The notes: generated from the sequence alone by a model not told the origin. A DNA stretch of 64,000 nucleotides from an uncultured Candidatus Saccharibacteria bacterium (GCA_964386665.1 CAYLQP010000001.1:48111-112110), one strand, 5' to 3'; positions 29,798 to 40,284 are shown, counted from the stretch's first letter. Made by a program: numbers and translations.

Positions 29798-30787
29798 ATG
29801 ATTGAGAAAACTTTAAATCCAAAAATATTTGATACAGATGTTGAACAAGTGCCTATTAGGCGCGGATTTGGCGAAGGTCTTGTTATAGCAGCCGAAAAAG
29901 ACGGTAACGTTGTGGCGCTTTGTGCTGACCTCACCGATTCAACTCAAATGAAAGTGTTTCGTGATATGTTTCCAGATCGATTTATTGAAATAGGGATTGC
30001 AGAACAGAACCTCGCATCAGTTGCAAGTGGAATGGCAGCAATGGGGAAGGTGCCTGTCATTTCTTCTTATGCAATGTTTTCTCCTGGGCGAAACTGGGAG
30101 CAGATTCGAACTACAATCTGTTACAACAACCAGAAGGTGATTATTGCAGGAAGTCACGCGGGTGTTTCGGTAGGCCCTGATGGAGGAACACATCAGGCTC
30201 TCGAAGATATTGCTCTTATGAATGTAATTCCAAATATGACGGTTGTAAGTCCTTGTGATACCATCGAGGCTAAGAAAGCTATCATTGCCTTGCTTGGAGA
30301 CGATGTCAAAACTCCTGCATACATCCGTCTTGCACGTGAAAAAACTCCTGTTATTACAACAGAAGGGTCTCCATTTAAACTTGGGAAAGCAAAACTTCTT
30401 TTCGACAATGGTCATGCAGAGGTAGTGGTGTTTGCGTGTGGGGCACTCGTGCATAAAGCACTTGTCGTTGCGAGTGAATTACAAAAAGAAGGACGATTAG
30501 TGAATGTAGTAAATGTACACACCATCAAACCTCTCGATGTGGATATGGTTGTTGATCAAGCTCGGATTTGTGGAGCAGTTGTTGTAGTAGAAGAACATCA
30601 AAAGTTCGGTGGACTTGGAAGTGTGATAGCAGAGTGTTTAAGTGAGAAATTTCCAGTGCCAATTGAATTTGTTGCGGTAAATGACAGGTTCGGACAATCG
30701 GGCACACCTGATGAACTTATCAAAGAATATAATCTTGATGAAGAAGATATCAAAAAAGCGATAGAAAAAGTGGTGGGAAGGAAGTAG
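29798..30787 (+). CDS. tkt: transketolase, C-terminal (pyrimidine-binding plus C-terminal domain) subunit
   Basis: IAEQNLASVASGMA, GSHAGVSVGPDGGTHQALEDIALM. An extended -10 (TGaTATAAT) lies at 29781-29789, 9 nt before the ATG. Confidence 0.9.
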   Translation: MIEKTLNPKIFDTDVEQVPIRRGFGEGLVIAAEKDGNVVALCADLTDSTQMKVFRDMFPDRFIEIGIAEQNLASVASGMAAMGKVPVISSYAMFSPGRNWEQIRTTICYNNQKVIIAGSHAGVSVGPDGGTHQALEDIALMNVIPNMTVVSPCDTIEAKKAIIALLGDDVKTPAYIRLAREKTPVITTEGSPFKLGKAKLLFDNGHAEVVVFACGALVHKALVVASELQKEGRLVNVVNVHTIKPLDVDMVVDQARICGAVVVVEEHQKFGGLGSVIAECLSEKFPVPIEFVAVNDRFGQSGTPDELIKEYNLDEEDIKKAIEKVVGRK

Positions 30788-30788
30788 T

Positions 30789-31169
30789 TTACTTACTAAA
30801 ATGCTCTTGTACAAGTCTATTGTATTCTTGCTCGAGTAAATCACGGACTGTTGAAGGAATTGAGTTAAACGTTGACTTTAGATCTTGCAATGTTCTACCA
30901 TCTTGTCTTAAACCTGTTAAATATTGTTCAGCTCCAACTCTTTCTTCATGTTCTTCATTGGCAAGACGTTCAAGCCATTTTTCGGCAGAGAGCTCAGCTA
31001 CCTTCTGAGCAAAATACTCTTTTGCAGCAGCAGCGTCTCCCCAATCCAGTGTCTGACTGGCACTTCTGTTGTCAATAAAGTCATTTAACGCTGTTGTGAC
31101 TGCTTGCGCAGCAAGTTGTTCAGGGCTAAGTACTCTTGATTTTTCAAAATTGTCTCCTGGTCCAATCAT
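30789..31169 (-). CDS. hypothetical alpha-helical protein
   Basis: 126-aa ORF immediately downstream of, and overlapping by 1 nt with, the sugar kinase gene on the same strand. Confidence 0.45.
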   Translation of the reverse strand: MIGPGDNFEKSRVLSPEQLAAQAVTTALNDFIDNRSASQTLDWGDAAAAKEYFAQKVAELSAEKWLERLANEEHEERVGAEQYLTGLRQDGRTLQDLKSTFNSIPSTVRDLLEQEYNRLVQEHFSK

Positions 31170-32176
31170 TATAGTGTCTTTACTTTATAATTTGCTGGTG
31201 CTTTTTCTAAGAATGCTTTTACTTCTTCTTGGGTGAGAAGTCCTTTTTGGGCCCCAAGTTGTTGAACAACATATGTGGAATTGATCCCTGCCCAGAGAAG
31301 CGCTTCTTCGAGTGGTTTTCCAAGTATAAGAGCAGTTGTTACTGTAGATGCAAATGCATCACCTGCTCCAGTTCGCTCAAAAGGTGGTTTTGGATCTGGG
31401 TAAGGAGGCACAAACATACTATGTGTTCCATCCCACGCATAAGCGCCGTTTGGACCATCTGTGAGGATGACGTGTTTTGGACCAAGTGCGGCGATTTTTT
31501 GCATAAGGAGGGCAATGTTCGTTTCTTTTGTATCAAGGATGGTTTGAGCTTCTTCTTTGTTGCAGAAGAACAGAAACGTGTTCGCATAGATATCTTTTAG
31601 TTTGTCTTTTCCAAAACGGATCTGATATGTTCCTGGTTGGAAGACGAGCTTTTTGTCTGGATGTTCTTTAAGGAAACTTCCAAGAGCTCCGTGGAATTCA
31701 AGCGAGTTTTCTCCAAGTGATGAAAGATAAATCCATGGGATGTTGCTGATGTCAGGAAGAAGATAATCATACACTTCGTGTTTGATAAGGATGGTTCGAT
31801 CAGCTCCATACCATAAAACGTAGTGGTAGTTTGTTTTCTTGTCTTTGTTTTTTGTGATGTATGTTGTTAAGACCTTCTCTGATTTGAAGTGGTTGAGACA
31901 ATCTGTGGCGTATGCGTCATCACCGAGGTTTGTATAAATCCCTGCCTTAACTCCAAGTCTACTCATTGAGACTGCGGCGTTCGCGCTATTACCAACTCCG
32001 TTAATTACTTCAACGGATTCAAAGGGGATCTTGTCACCGTATTTCATACAAATCTCGCAGGCAGTGTTGTCGAGCTTGCAAGTGATGTGAGCTTCTTTTA
32101 ATTTGATAAATGCATCAATAACTGTATCTCCAATAGTGATTACTTCGCACACTTCTTTTTTGAATATATTTAACAT
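31169..32176 (-). CDS. PfkB-family carbohydrate kinase (ribokinase/fructokinase-like)
   Basis: TGAGDAF anion-hole motif near the C-terminus and an ITIGD N-terminus. The ATG at 32176 is preceded by TATAAT. The track start at 32206 is a TTG that overlaps a terminator hairpin. Confidence 0.8.
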   Translation of the reverse strand: MLNIFKKEVCEVITIGDTVIDAFIKLKEAHITCKLDNTACEICMKYGDKIPFESVEVINGVGNSANAAVSMSRLGVKAGIYTNLGDDAYATDCLNHFKSEKVLTTYITKNKDKKTNYHYVLWYGADRTILIKHEVYDYLLPDISNIPWIYLSSLGENSLEFHGALGSFLKEHPDKKLVFQPGTYQIRFGKDKLKDIYANTFLFFCNKEEAQTILDTKETNIALLMQKIAALGPKHVILTDGPNGAYAWDGTHSMFVPPYPDPKPPFERTGAGDAFASTVTTALILGKPLEEALLWAGINSTYVVQQLGAQKGLLTQEEVKAFLEKAPANYKVKTL

Positions 32177-32193
32177 AGAAGTATTATATAAAA

Positions 32194-32222
32194 AAAGCCC
32201 CTTCAAGAGAAGGGGGGGGGTT
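32194..32222 (-). terminator. minus-strand intrinsic terminator immediately upstream of the pfkB promoter
   Basis: ccccccctt-ctcttg-aaggggc followed by TTTTTTT on the minus strand. No annotated minus-strand gene lies upstream of it. Confidence 0.4.
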
Positions 32223-32481
32223 ATCTCGCCAGTAACCGCACTACCACTGAGGTGAGTAATGGTAGTAGTATTGGTGAGGAAAACATCGCTGTGATGATAA
32301 TTTTCTCAAAGGTGTCTACTGACAACACCATTGGGATTATTTGCGTGATGGTTTTCATAGCTAATAAAAATATACCACATCTCGTTTATCTGTCCATAAT
32401 TTACACAGTGCATAATTATCGGATGTTTTTATTGTGTGATGAAGGTTTTTGATTTTTTGTTTAAGTGGTAGAATAATCTGT

Positions 32482-33330
32482 ATGAAATCATTAAAACAAT
32501 ACATTATTGAAGCAAAAGAAAAAGGAGTGGCTGTTGGACACTTCAATATTTCCAATATGGAGGGTTTCCACGCGGTAACTGAAGTGGCCAAGGAAATGAA
32601 TCTGCCTGTGATCATTGGACTTTCTGAAGGAGAAAGAGATTTCTTTGGTGTTAAGGAAGCATCCGTACTCGTGAAAGAAAAGCGAGATGAAGGGTTACCA
32701 GTTTTTCTTAATGCTGATCATACATATAGTTTTGAAAGAGTGAAAGAAGCAATAGATGCAGGATTCGATGCAGTGATATTTGATGGGGCAAAACTTTCGC
32801 TTGAAGAAAATATCGCAGAGACTCGTAAGTGTGTTGAGTATGCAAAAAACTGCGGAAGAGAAGTATTGGTAGAAGCGGAGCTTGGATACATTGGTCAGTC
32901 GTCAAAGATTCTTGATGGAGTTCCTGAAGGAGTGGAGGTAACAACAGTTGAAGATGCAAAAAGATTTGTACAAGAAACCGGAGTTGATTTGTTTGCACCC
33001 GCGGTAGGGAATATTCACGGAATGCTCAAAGATGTTCCTGATCCAGAACTCAACATCGAAAGAATCAAGGAGATCAGTGATGTGACGGGCCTTCCTCTTG
33101 TACTTCACGGAGCCAGTGGAAACAGCAAAGAAGATGTTCAAAACGCAATCAAAAATGGTGTGGCGATAGTACACATCAATACAGAAGTGCGGGTTGCCTT
33201 CAAAGAAGGTCTTACTGATGCACTAGCAGACAATCCAAATGAAGTGGCGCCGTATAAGTACCTCAAAGAAGGTGTTGAAGCAATGAAAGAGGTTGTAAGA
33301 GAAAAACTCATTATTTTTAATATGAAATAA
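32482..33330 (+). CDS. fba: class II fructose-bisphosphate aldolase
   Basis: GVAVGHFNISNMEG, NADHTYSFE, GYIGQ, VLHGASG. Confidence 0.85.
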   Translation: MKSLKQYIIEAKEKGVAVGHFNISNMEGFHAVTEVAKEMNLPVIIGLSEGERDFFGVKEASVLVKEKRDEGLPVFLNADHTYSFERVKEAIDAGFDAVIFDGAKLSLEENIAETRKCVEYAKNCGREVLVEAELGYIGQSSKILDGVPEGVEVTTVEDAKRFVQETGVDLFAPAVGNIHGMLKDVPDPELNIERIKEISDVTGLPLVLHGASGNSKEDVQNAIKNGVAIVHINTEVRVAFKEGLTDALADNPNEVAPYKYLKEGVEAMKEVVREKLIIFNMK

Positions 33331-33418
33331 TTTTTGTATTAAAGAAAAAAAGGTTATAATGTAGTCAAATTAGTAGCGGTCTCCAAAGGCTGATAAGTAT
33401 TGTAATTGATTTTTAAAT

Positions 33419-36400
33419 ATGAAACAAAAAATTATTAAATTTGGTTTATTTTTTTCGGTATCCGCCTGTCTTTTGTTGTTACTGTTTGTTTTTTCAAAAA
33501 AAGAACCTGTGTATGCGACTTGTTCACCTACATCTTTAACAGGAAGTCCTCAAGCCGCATCGTATGCAAATGGTAAGGTTTTTATCACTAGAGGAGTTAC
33601 AAAGCTCGTTACAAGTTTTGATGTTACTACTGATACCGCATCAACTACAAATGCCGTGCTTGCTCCACATAGTATGTTTTCACTCACACAAAACAATTTA
33701 GTCAAAGATGACAATATGTTCTTGTGGATGGATGATGGTAGTGGTGAAGGATATGCTGTTGTAAATACAATTACGGGTCAGATTGTTGCAACGTCTACAA
33801 ATACAAATTTCAACAACAGTAAAGATGGTATTGTGGTGGGAGATAAGTACTATCAGGTAGCCCGAAATAATACAAATAACCTTGGTGTTGTAAGTGCTGT
33901 GACAACAAATACATTATATTTCAGAACTGTTAGTGCAAACCCAGAAAAAATACTTTCAAATGCTGCTGGTACAAAACTGTACGTAATCTCATCAAGCTTA
34001 ACATCAGGAAAGGTTACTGTGGTTGATGCAACAACTGATACGGTAGGAGCTACTATTCCTGTAGGAGGAATTTTAACAAATACTTCACAGGGTGCCATAC
34101 TTGGTAATTATCTTTATGTGCCAAACTCAAACTCAAACACAGTTTCTATTATTGATCTTACGACTGAGGCCGTTGTAGCAACTACTACAGTTGGAGCAAC
34201 TCCAAAATACATATCAACTTCAGGAACAAAAGTATATATTGCAAGTACTGGAAACAATACTGTTTCTGTAATTGATCAGTCTATCTCTGTTTCAGCAGTA
34301 CAGACAAGTATTTCACTTACAAATACTCCTATTTTTATGATGTCGGTGGCTTCAAATTCAAAGATATATGTTTCGACTGGTTCGTTTGGTATTAAGGTGA
34401 TTAGTCCTTCAACAGATACTGTTACTAAAACAATTACTGGGGGTATTGGAGCGGTTAATTCTGCAACAGAAGCACCCAACGGAAAACTGTACACAGTGGC
34501 ATCTGCTTCCGGAATTATTTCTGTAATTGATACTGTGCTTGATACAAATTTATCAAATTGTGGAGATACTGCGGGAGCTGATATTGTTCCACCACAACTT
34601 GTTTCTTTTACTTCAACTACTGCAAACGCTGTATATGCAAATGGCTCAACAATAAATATTACCGCGACTTTCAACGAAGCTCTTGCGGTTGCTTCGACTA
34701 TGACTGTTTCACTTAATACTGGCGCAACAGTCGTATTAAACAGTGTGAGTGGTATGAGTTTATCAGGTACTTATACTGTAACTCCAGGACAAAACACATC
34801 TGACCTTACTGTCTCATCTATAGTTTCGCATCTTGTTAAGGATGCAGATGACAATACGACTGCAACGTATCTAGTACCTGCATCACCTAATAATATTGCG
34901 GACACTTCGAATATTATTGTTGATACAACACCACCTTCTAATTACAGTATATCGATCGATCCAACATCTCTTACTCCCACTGATTTTACTGACCCTGTTT
35001 TCACGTTTTCGGCAATTGACTCTTCGGGTGGGATTACATACGCTCTTTCATTAAATGGAGGTGGGTTCTCAACAACCACAAGTCCTTTTAGTGCCACTGG
35101 GATTGATTCTACCGTCGTAAACACACTCATTATACAAGCTTGTGATGTTGCTGCTAACTGTTCTACATACACTTCATATTTTTATCCAGCAATTATCATA
35201 CATCCATCTGCTGTCACTTCTAGTTCAACAATTTCTGTTACGTTTGATATTATTGAACCTAGTACAAGTGCGTTTAATTTACAAATTGCAGATGCCTATC
35301 TCGATGGTATTCTCACATCAATTACGTGCGAACCTGTTATAAATGGTACTTCAAAAACATCAACCTGTACGTTAGTGGGTGGTATCCCAGCTCCATCAGA
35401 TCATTCAAATGATGGAACCCATACACTTGTTGTTTCTGCAACAAGTACAGCGTCAGTTTTAGGAAGAGCTTCACAAGGTTTTACTATTGATACTATTTCT
35501 CCTTCAATTACTTCAGTAACTACATCAGTTGCAAACGGTTCGTATATACTTGGCAATAGTATACCAATTACAATTGCACTTGATGAACCTGTTGTAAATG
35601 GATCACAAGTAACTCTTACATTTGATACGGGAAAAACTCTTACTTTTACGTGTGCAACTTCAACCTGTACTTCATTGACTGCTACTTATGTGGTTGGCGC
35701 AAATGAAGATACAGATGATCTTACGGTAAGTTCTCTTTCGGGAGCGACTTTGGCAGATGTGGTTGGAAATGCAAGTAGCAGTCCTATGATTCCTGACGGA
35801 TCTAATCTTGGTGATTTGTCTACAATTTCTATTGATACTCTACCTTCTTCAACTCTCGGTATGCCTGATCTTACTACTGCAACAGATAGTGGAATTTCTA
35901 CCACTGATAATTTTACAGGGGTGGATAATGTTGAACTCACAGGTGTTTGTATTGATGGTGATACTGTTGAGTTATTTAAAGATGGGGTTTTGGATCAGAC
36001 AGTTGTATGTACAAGTTCAGCTTATTCTTTTTTCTCACTTCTTCCAACAGAGGGCTCTTATGACTTTAAAGTACGTGCGATTGATCCACAAAATAACACA
36101 TCAAGTTTTTCTGCGTCCTTGGTTGTCACTTATGACATAAGTGCCCCAACTCTTTCATCATTAACTTCTACTACTGCAGATGGAAGATATAGTTCTGGTT
36201 CGAATATTAATATTACTGCTACTTTCAGTGAACAGATTAGTACAGGTTCAACAATGTCGGTTACTTTAGATACAGGAGATGTTATTGTTCTTTCAAATAT
36301 TTCTGGAAATACCCTTACAGGAACATACAGTGTAAGTGAAGAAGATTCATCTCTTGATCTTACTGTCATTTCAATTGTTTCAGTGAACGTAACTAATCTT

Positions 36401-37189
36401 GCACTAAACACTGCCACAACCTATGCGCTTCCTGTTGCACCAAACAATATTGCAGATTCATCTCAGATTGTTATCTTTATAAATACATCTTCAAGAAGCG
36501 GGGGAAGTAGACCAAAAAATAATAATCCTGTTCCAGCTACACTACCAGTAAACTTTGTAAGTTCATCTACTAATCCTATGCCACAGAATCCAAATAATTT
36601 TGGATTAAATCCAGTTGCTTGTGAAAACTACATTAAGTCATATATACGACTTGGTGCAAATAATGATGTAGAAGACGTAAAAAAACTTGAGACATTTCTA
36701 AATACATATGAAGGAATGAAATTGCCTGTAGATGGAGTATTTAGTAAAGCAGATGAAGATGCGGTAAGAATTTTTCAAGAGCGTTATACTGAAGTGCTTA
36801 GTTTTTGGAACCTCTTAAAACCAACCGGGTATGTATATATTAGTACTCAAAAAGCGATCAACAGGATTTACTGTGAGAAGACTCATAATATGACTTGTCC
36901 TTACTTTTTTGATTTTGCAAAGCAGGGAGATCAGGGTGTTGGAGTTACAAAAATAAAAGCGTTCTTGAATAATACTCAAAACGAGAAATTATCTTTGACA
37001 GATAAATTTGATACTGAGACAACCCAGGCTGTGATTCGATTCCAATCAAAATTCAAAGATAGGGTGCTCACTCCTTGGAAACTTGCTCAACCTACTGGAC
37101 TCTGGTATCAATCAACACGGAAAAAGGCGAATGATGTTATTGGGTGCTTTGCACCACAGAGATTAGATAATGGTGTAATTTTGGATTAA
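33419..37189 (+). CDS. large cell-surface protein: signal/TM segment, YVTN-type beta-propeller repeats, three Ig-like repeat modules, two C-terminal peptidoglycan-binding (PG_binding_1-like) domains
   Basis: 1256 aa, T/S/N-rich. Has repeated ..KLYV/..VSVIDL beta-propeller blades. There are three ~100-aa modules (ANAVYANGSTINITATFNEA... / ANGSYILGNSIPITIALDEP... / ADGRYSSGSNINITATFSEQ...). The C-terminus has two ..LQ..L....DG.F...T..AV..FQ repeats. Confidence 0.8.
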   Translation: MKQKIIKFGLFFSVSACLLLLLFVFSKKEPVYATCSPTSLTGSPQAASYANGKVFITRGVTKLVTSFDVTTDTASTTNAVLAPHSMFSLTQNNLVKDDNMFLWMDDGSGEGYAVVNTITGQIVATSTNTNFNNSKDGIVVGDKYYQVARNNTNNLGVVSAVTTNTLYFRTVSANPEKILSNAAGTKLYVISSSLTSGKVTVVDATTDTVGATIPVGGILTNTSQGAILGNYLYVPNSNSNTVSIIDLTTEAVVATTTVGATPKYISTSGTKVYIASTGNNTVSVIDQSISVSAVQTSISLTNTPIFMMSVASNSKIYVSTGSFGIKVISPSTDTVTKTITGGIGAVNSATEAPNGKLYTVASASGIISVIDTVLDTNLSNCGDTAGADIVPPQLVSFTSTTANAVYANGSTINITATFNEALAVASTMTVSLNTGATVVLNSVSGMSLSGTYTVTPGQNTSDLTVSSIVSHLVKDADDNTTATYLVPASPNNIADTSNIIVDTTPPSNYSISIDPTSLTPTDFTDPVFTFSAIDSSGGITYALSLNGGGFSTTTSPFSATGIDSTVVNTLIIQACDVAANCSTYTSYFYPAIIIHPSAVTSSSTISVTFDIIEPSTSAFNLQIADAYLDGILTSITCEPVINGTSKTSTCTLVGGIPAPSDHSNDGTHTLVVSATSTASVLGRASQGFTIDTISPSITSVTTSVANGSYILGNSIPITIALDEPVVNGSQVTLTFDTGKTLTFTCATSTCTSLTATYVVGANEDTDDLTVSSLSGATLADVVGNASSSPMIPDGSNLGDLSTISIDTLPSSTLGMPDLTTATDSGISTTDNFTGVDNVELTGVCIDGDTVELFKDGVLDQTVVCTSSAYSFFSLLPTEGSYDFKVRAIDPQNNTSSFSASLVVTYDISAPTLSSLTSTTADGRYSSGSNINITATFSEQISTGSTMSVTLDTGDVIVLSNISGNTLTGTYSVSEEDSSLDLTVISIVSVNVTNLALNTATTYALPVAPNNIADSSQIVIFINTSSRSGGSRPKNNNPVPATLPVNFVSSSTNPMPQNPNNFGLNPVACENYIKSYIRLGANNDVEDVKKLETFLNTYEGMKLPVDGVFSKADEDAVRIFQERYTEVLSFWNLLKPTGYVYISTQKAINRIYCEKTHNMTCPYFFDFAKQGDQGVGVTKIKAFLNNTQNEKLSLTDKFDTETTQAVIRFQSKFKDRVLTPWKLAQPTGLWYQSTRKKANDVIGCFAPQRLDNGVILD

Positions 37190-37208
37190 TTTGAGTAATG
37201 TTAACAAA

Positions 37209-37250
37209 ACCATCCCTTTTAAAGATAAAGAGGGATGGTTTTTGTTTTTT
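37209..37250 (+). terminator. intrinsic terminator after the surface-protein gene
   Basis: accatccct...agggatggt hairpin followed by TTTTTGTTTTTTT. Confidence 0.7.
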
Positions 37251-37251
37251 T

Positions 37252-37277
37252 ATAAAAAAACAGGTCATTGACCTGTT
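37252..37277 (-). terminator. minus-strand terminator overlapping the stop of ORF 37265..37600
   Basis: aacaggtca-ttg-acctgtt hairpin followed on the minus strand by a T-run. Confidence 0.5.
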
Positions 37278-37600
37278 AGTAAAGATGCTTCTGTGACGAG
37301 TATCCTGTGGATTTGATGGGCAAGGTCTCTTGTGGAGGCGATAGAATTGTCATCAAATTCGATCATCCATCGAAACCATTTTCTTCTTAGCTTAACTACT
37401 CCGACACCGGTCTCAAAGTGTTGAAGAGGTGCAGTGACGACTAAAGTGAGCACCTTTCTGTCTTCAAGTTCTCGGGTTATCATTTCAATCCAAAGTTTTT
37501 TCCCATCATTGATTTGTTCGAGAAGCCGAGGGAACCTCTTTCGAAGCCTTATCCTCACAAATGCTAGACAAAAGACTGTCTGTTTAAATGGTTCGAACAT
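37265..37600 (-). CDS. hypothetical protein
   Basis: 111-aa ORF bracketed by its own terminator. No family recognised. Confidence 0.4.
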   Translation of the reverse strand: MFEPFKQTVFCLAFVRIRLRKRFPRLLEQINDGKKLWIEMITRELEDRKVLTLVVTAPLQHFETGVGVVKLRRKWFRWMIEFDDNSIASTRDLAHQIHRILVTEASLLTGQ

Positions 37601-37671
37601 AACTAATGATAAAGACTACTCTTTAGGGGTGTTTTGTCAATGTGATTAAAGCATTGTATACTGGTAAGATT

Positions 37672-40284
37672 ATGGAAAAAAAGACCAATAAACATATCTG
37701 TAAACTCCCTAAGGATATGGAGAAAATCGTCGTAAAAGGGGCCAGGACGCATAATCTGAAGGATATTACTGTTGAGATGCCTCGAGGCAAAATGATCGCT
37801 GTAACAGGTCTTTCTGGCTCAGGAAAGAGCTCTTTTGCCTTTGATACGGTGTTTGCTGAAGGACAACGACGTTATGTAGAGTCACTCTCAAGTTATGCAA
37901 GGCAGTTTCTTCGCCAGATGCAAAAACCAGATGTAGACGAGATTACTGGTCTTTCGCCGGCTATTTCTATCGACCAAAAATCACGGTCAAATAATCCGCG
38001 TTCAACTGTTGCAACGATTACCGAGATTTATGATTATCTTCGAATTTTGTTTGCACGAATCGGTAAACCACATTGTCTTACCTGTGGACGAGAAATAAAA
38101 AAGCTCTCAAAAGAAGAAATCATTGAAACGATTTTGCATACTGTTTCTTCAATCAAAACAGAAGGGAAATCAAAAAAAGTAATGGGGGTAGAAGTTGATG
38201 ATTTGAAATTCCAGATTTTCTCACCCATCGTAATGGGGCGAAAAGGTGAATACTATCAGATGCTCTATGATCTTTTGGGTAAGGGGTTCGAGCGAGTGCT
38301 TGTTGATGGGGTAGAACACTCTCTTCGAGAAAGAATTGAGATTTCCAAAACTCACAAACACGATATTGATGTGCTTGTTGATGAGTTTTATTTTTCTGAA
38401 CTTAAAGATCAGACAGCTGGGTTCAAAGAACGTCTCAGTGAATCAATCGAAAAGGCACTTGAACAATCTGATGGGTTGTTACGGATCAAAACTCCTGAAC
38501 ATAATCATTTGATTTCATCAAAGTTTATGTGTCCGTATGACGGGTTTTCGTTTCCAGAGGTGGAACCAAGACTCTTTTCGTTTAACTCACCTTATGGTGC
38601 TTGTGGCGAATGTAATGGACTTGGAACACGAGAGTTTTTCGTCAACGAAGCGTGCAAAGTGTGTCTTGGTAAACGGCTTCGACCTGAAGCGCTTAGTGTA
38701 TTTCTTGAAGGGAAGAAAAATATTCTTGATGTAAGTAGTCTTTCAATTACGGAAGCAGAAAAGTTTTTCTCTGGGCTTTCACTTTCAGAAAAGGAACAAG
38801 AAATTTCAAAGGTGGTGATCAAAGAAATTCTTGCACGACTTAAGTTTATGATTGATGTCGGGATTGATTATCTCACCCTTGATCGTCGGGCAAATACGCT
38901 TTCGGGTGGAGAAGCACAACGAATTCGTCTTGCATCGCAACTCGGAAGTGGGCTTGTGGGAGCGCTCTATGTGCTTGATGAGCCAACAATCGGGCTCCAT
39001 CAAAAGGACAATGATAGACTGATTAAAACACTTCTTAATCTCCGAGATCTTGGTAACACAATTCTTGTGGTTGAACACGATGAAGATACGATGTATGCGT
39101 CTGACTTTTTGATTGAGATTGGTCCGCGTGCAGGGGTGCACGGAGGGGAAGTGATTGTGTCGGGTTTTATGGAGGATTTACTCACCGCCAAAAAAAATGA
39201 ATCAGGATCACTCACACTTGCATATTTGCGTGAAGAAGAAAAAATTGACGTACCAGAAAAACGTCGTACACAAGACAAAGGTAAAATAAAGATTGCTGGA
39301 GGAAGTGTGTTTAATATCAAAAACTTAAATGTTGAGATTCCTCTTGGGCGACTCGTGACAGTCACTGGAGTGTCTGGAAGTGGAAAGAGTTCGTTTGTAT
39401 ATGAAATATTGCACAAGAACCTTGAGGCGCGTCTTGAACGAACTAAACGAACAGCACAAATATACAACGCGACGCGGTTTGAGGGGACAGAATATCTTGG
39501 TCGTTCAATCTTGATTGATCAGTCACCAATTGGACGAACTCCACGAAGTAACCCTGCAACCTATACAGGTGCGTGGACACATATTCGAGATATGTTTGCT
39601 GCAACTGCTGAAGCAAGAGTGCGTGGATGGGGTGCTGGACGATTTAGTTTTAACCGCAAAGGTGGGCGATGTGAGACGTGTGAAGGAAATGGTGTGATTG
39701 AGGTGGAAATGCATTTCTTGCCAACTGTGTATGTGACGTGTGATGTGTGTGGAGGGAAGCGATTTATGAAAGAAACTCTGGAGATCAAATACAAAAAGAA
39801 AAGTATTTATGATATTTTGAAAATGACAGTTGAGGAAGCGTTACGCTTCTTTGAAGATATCCCCTCTATTTATGACCGACTTAAAACACTTGATGAAGTA
39901 GGGCTTGGATATTTGGAGCTTGGTCAAAGTGCAACGACCCTTTCAGGAGGAGAGGCACAACGAGTGAAGATCTCAAGTGAGTTATATCGAACCCATACTC
40001 AAAAGACTATATATCTTCTTGATGAGCCAACGGTGGGGCTTCATTATGAAGATGTGAAGAGACTTATCGAAATCCTTCAGAGACTGGTAAACAAGGGTAA
40101 TACAGTAATAGTAATCGAACATAATCTTGATTTGATTAAATGTTCAGATTATATTATTGATATAGGACCATTTGGTGGAGAAAAAGGTGGTCAAATAGTT
40201 GCCAAAGGAACCCCAGAAGAAGTGGCGAATAACAAGAATTCTTTTACGGGGGAGTATTTGAGGAAGGTGTTGAGGAGAAAATAG
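37672..40284 (+). CDS. uvrA: excinuclease ABC subunit A
   Basis: Two ABC ATPase modules (GLSGSGKSS, GVSGSGKSS), zinc-finger Cys clusters and the signature LSGGEAQR repeated twice. 871 aa from the ATG at 37672. Confidence 0.92.
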   Translation: MEKKTNKHICKLPKDMEKIVVKGARTHNLKDITVEMPRGKMIAVTGLSGSGKSSFAFDTVFAEGQRRYVESLSSYARQFLRQMQKPDVDEITGLSPAISIDQKSRSNNPRSTVATITEIYDYLRILFARIGKPHCLTCGREIKKLSKEEIIETILHTVSSIKTEGKSKKVMGVEVDDLKFQIFSPIVMGRKGEYYQMLYDLLGKGFERVLVDGVEHSLRERIEISKTHKHDIDVLVDEFYFSELKDQTAGFKERLSESIEKALEQSDGLLRIKTPEHNHLISSKFMCPYDGFSFPEVEPRLFSFNSPYGACGECNGLGTREFFVNEACKVCLGKRLRPEALSVFLEGKKNILDVSSLSITEAEKFFSGLSLSEKEQEISKVVIKEILARLKFMIDVGIDYLTLDRRANTLSGGEAQRIRLASQLGSGLVGALYVLDEPTIGLHQKDNDRLIKTLLNLRDLGNTILVVEHDEDTMYASDFLIEIGPRAGVHGGEVIVSGFMEDLLTAKKNESGSLTLAYLREEEKIDVPEKRRTQDKGKIKIAGGSVFNIKNLNVEIPLGRLVTVTGVSGSGKSSFVYEILHKNLEARLERTKRTAQIYNATRFEGTEYLGRSILIDQSPIGRTPRSNPATYTGAWTHIRDMFAATAEARVRGWGAGRFSFNRKGGRCETCEGNGVIEVEMHFLPTVYVTCDVCGGKRFMKETLEIKYKKKSIYDILKMTVEEALRFFEDIPSIYDRLKTLDEVGLGYLELGQSATTLSGGEAQRVKISSELYRTHTQKTIYLLDEPTVGLHYEDVKRLIEILQRLVNKGNTVIVIEHNLDLIKCSDYIIDIGPFGGEKGGQIVAKGTPEEVANNKNSFTGEYLRKVLRRK

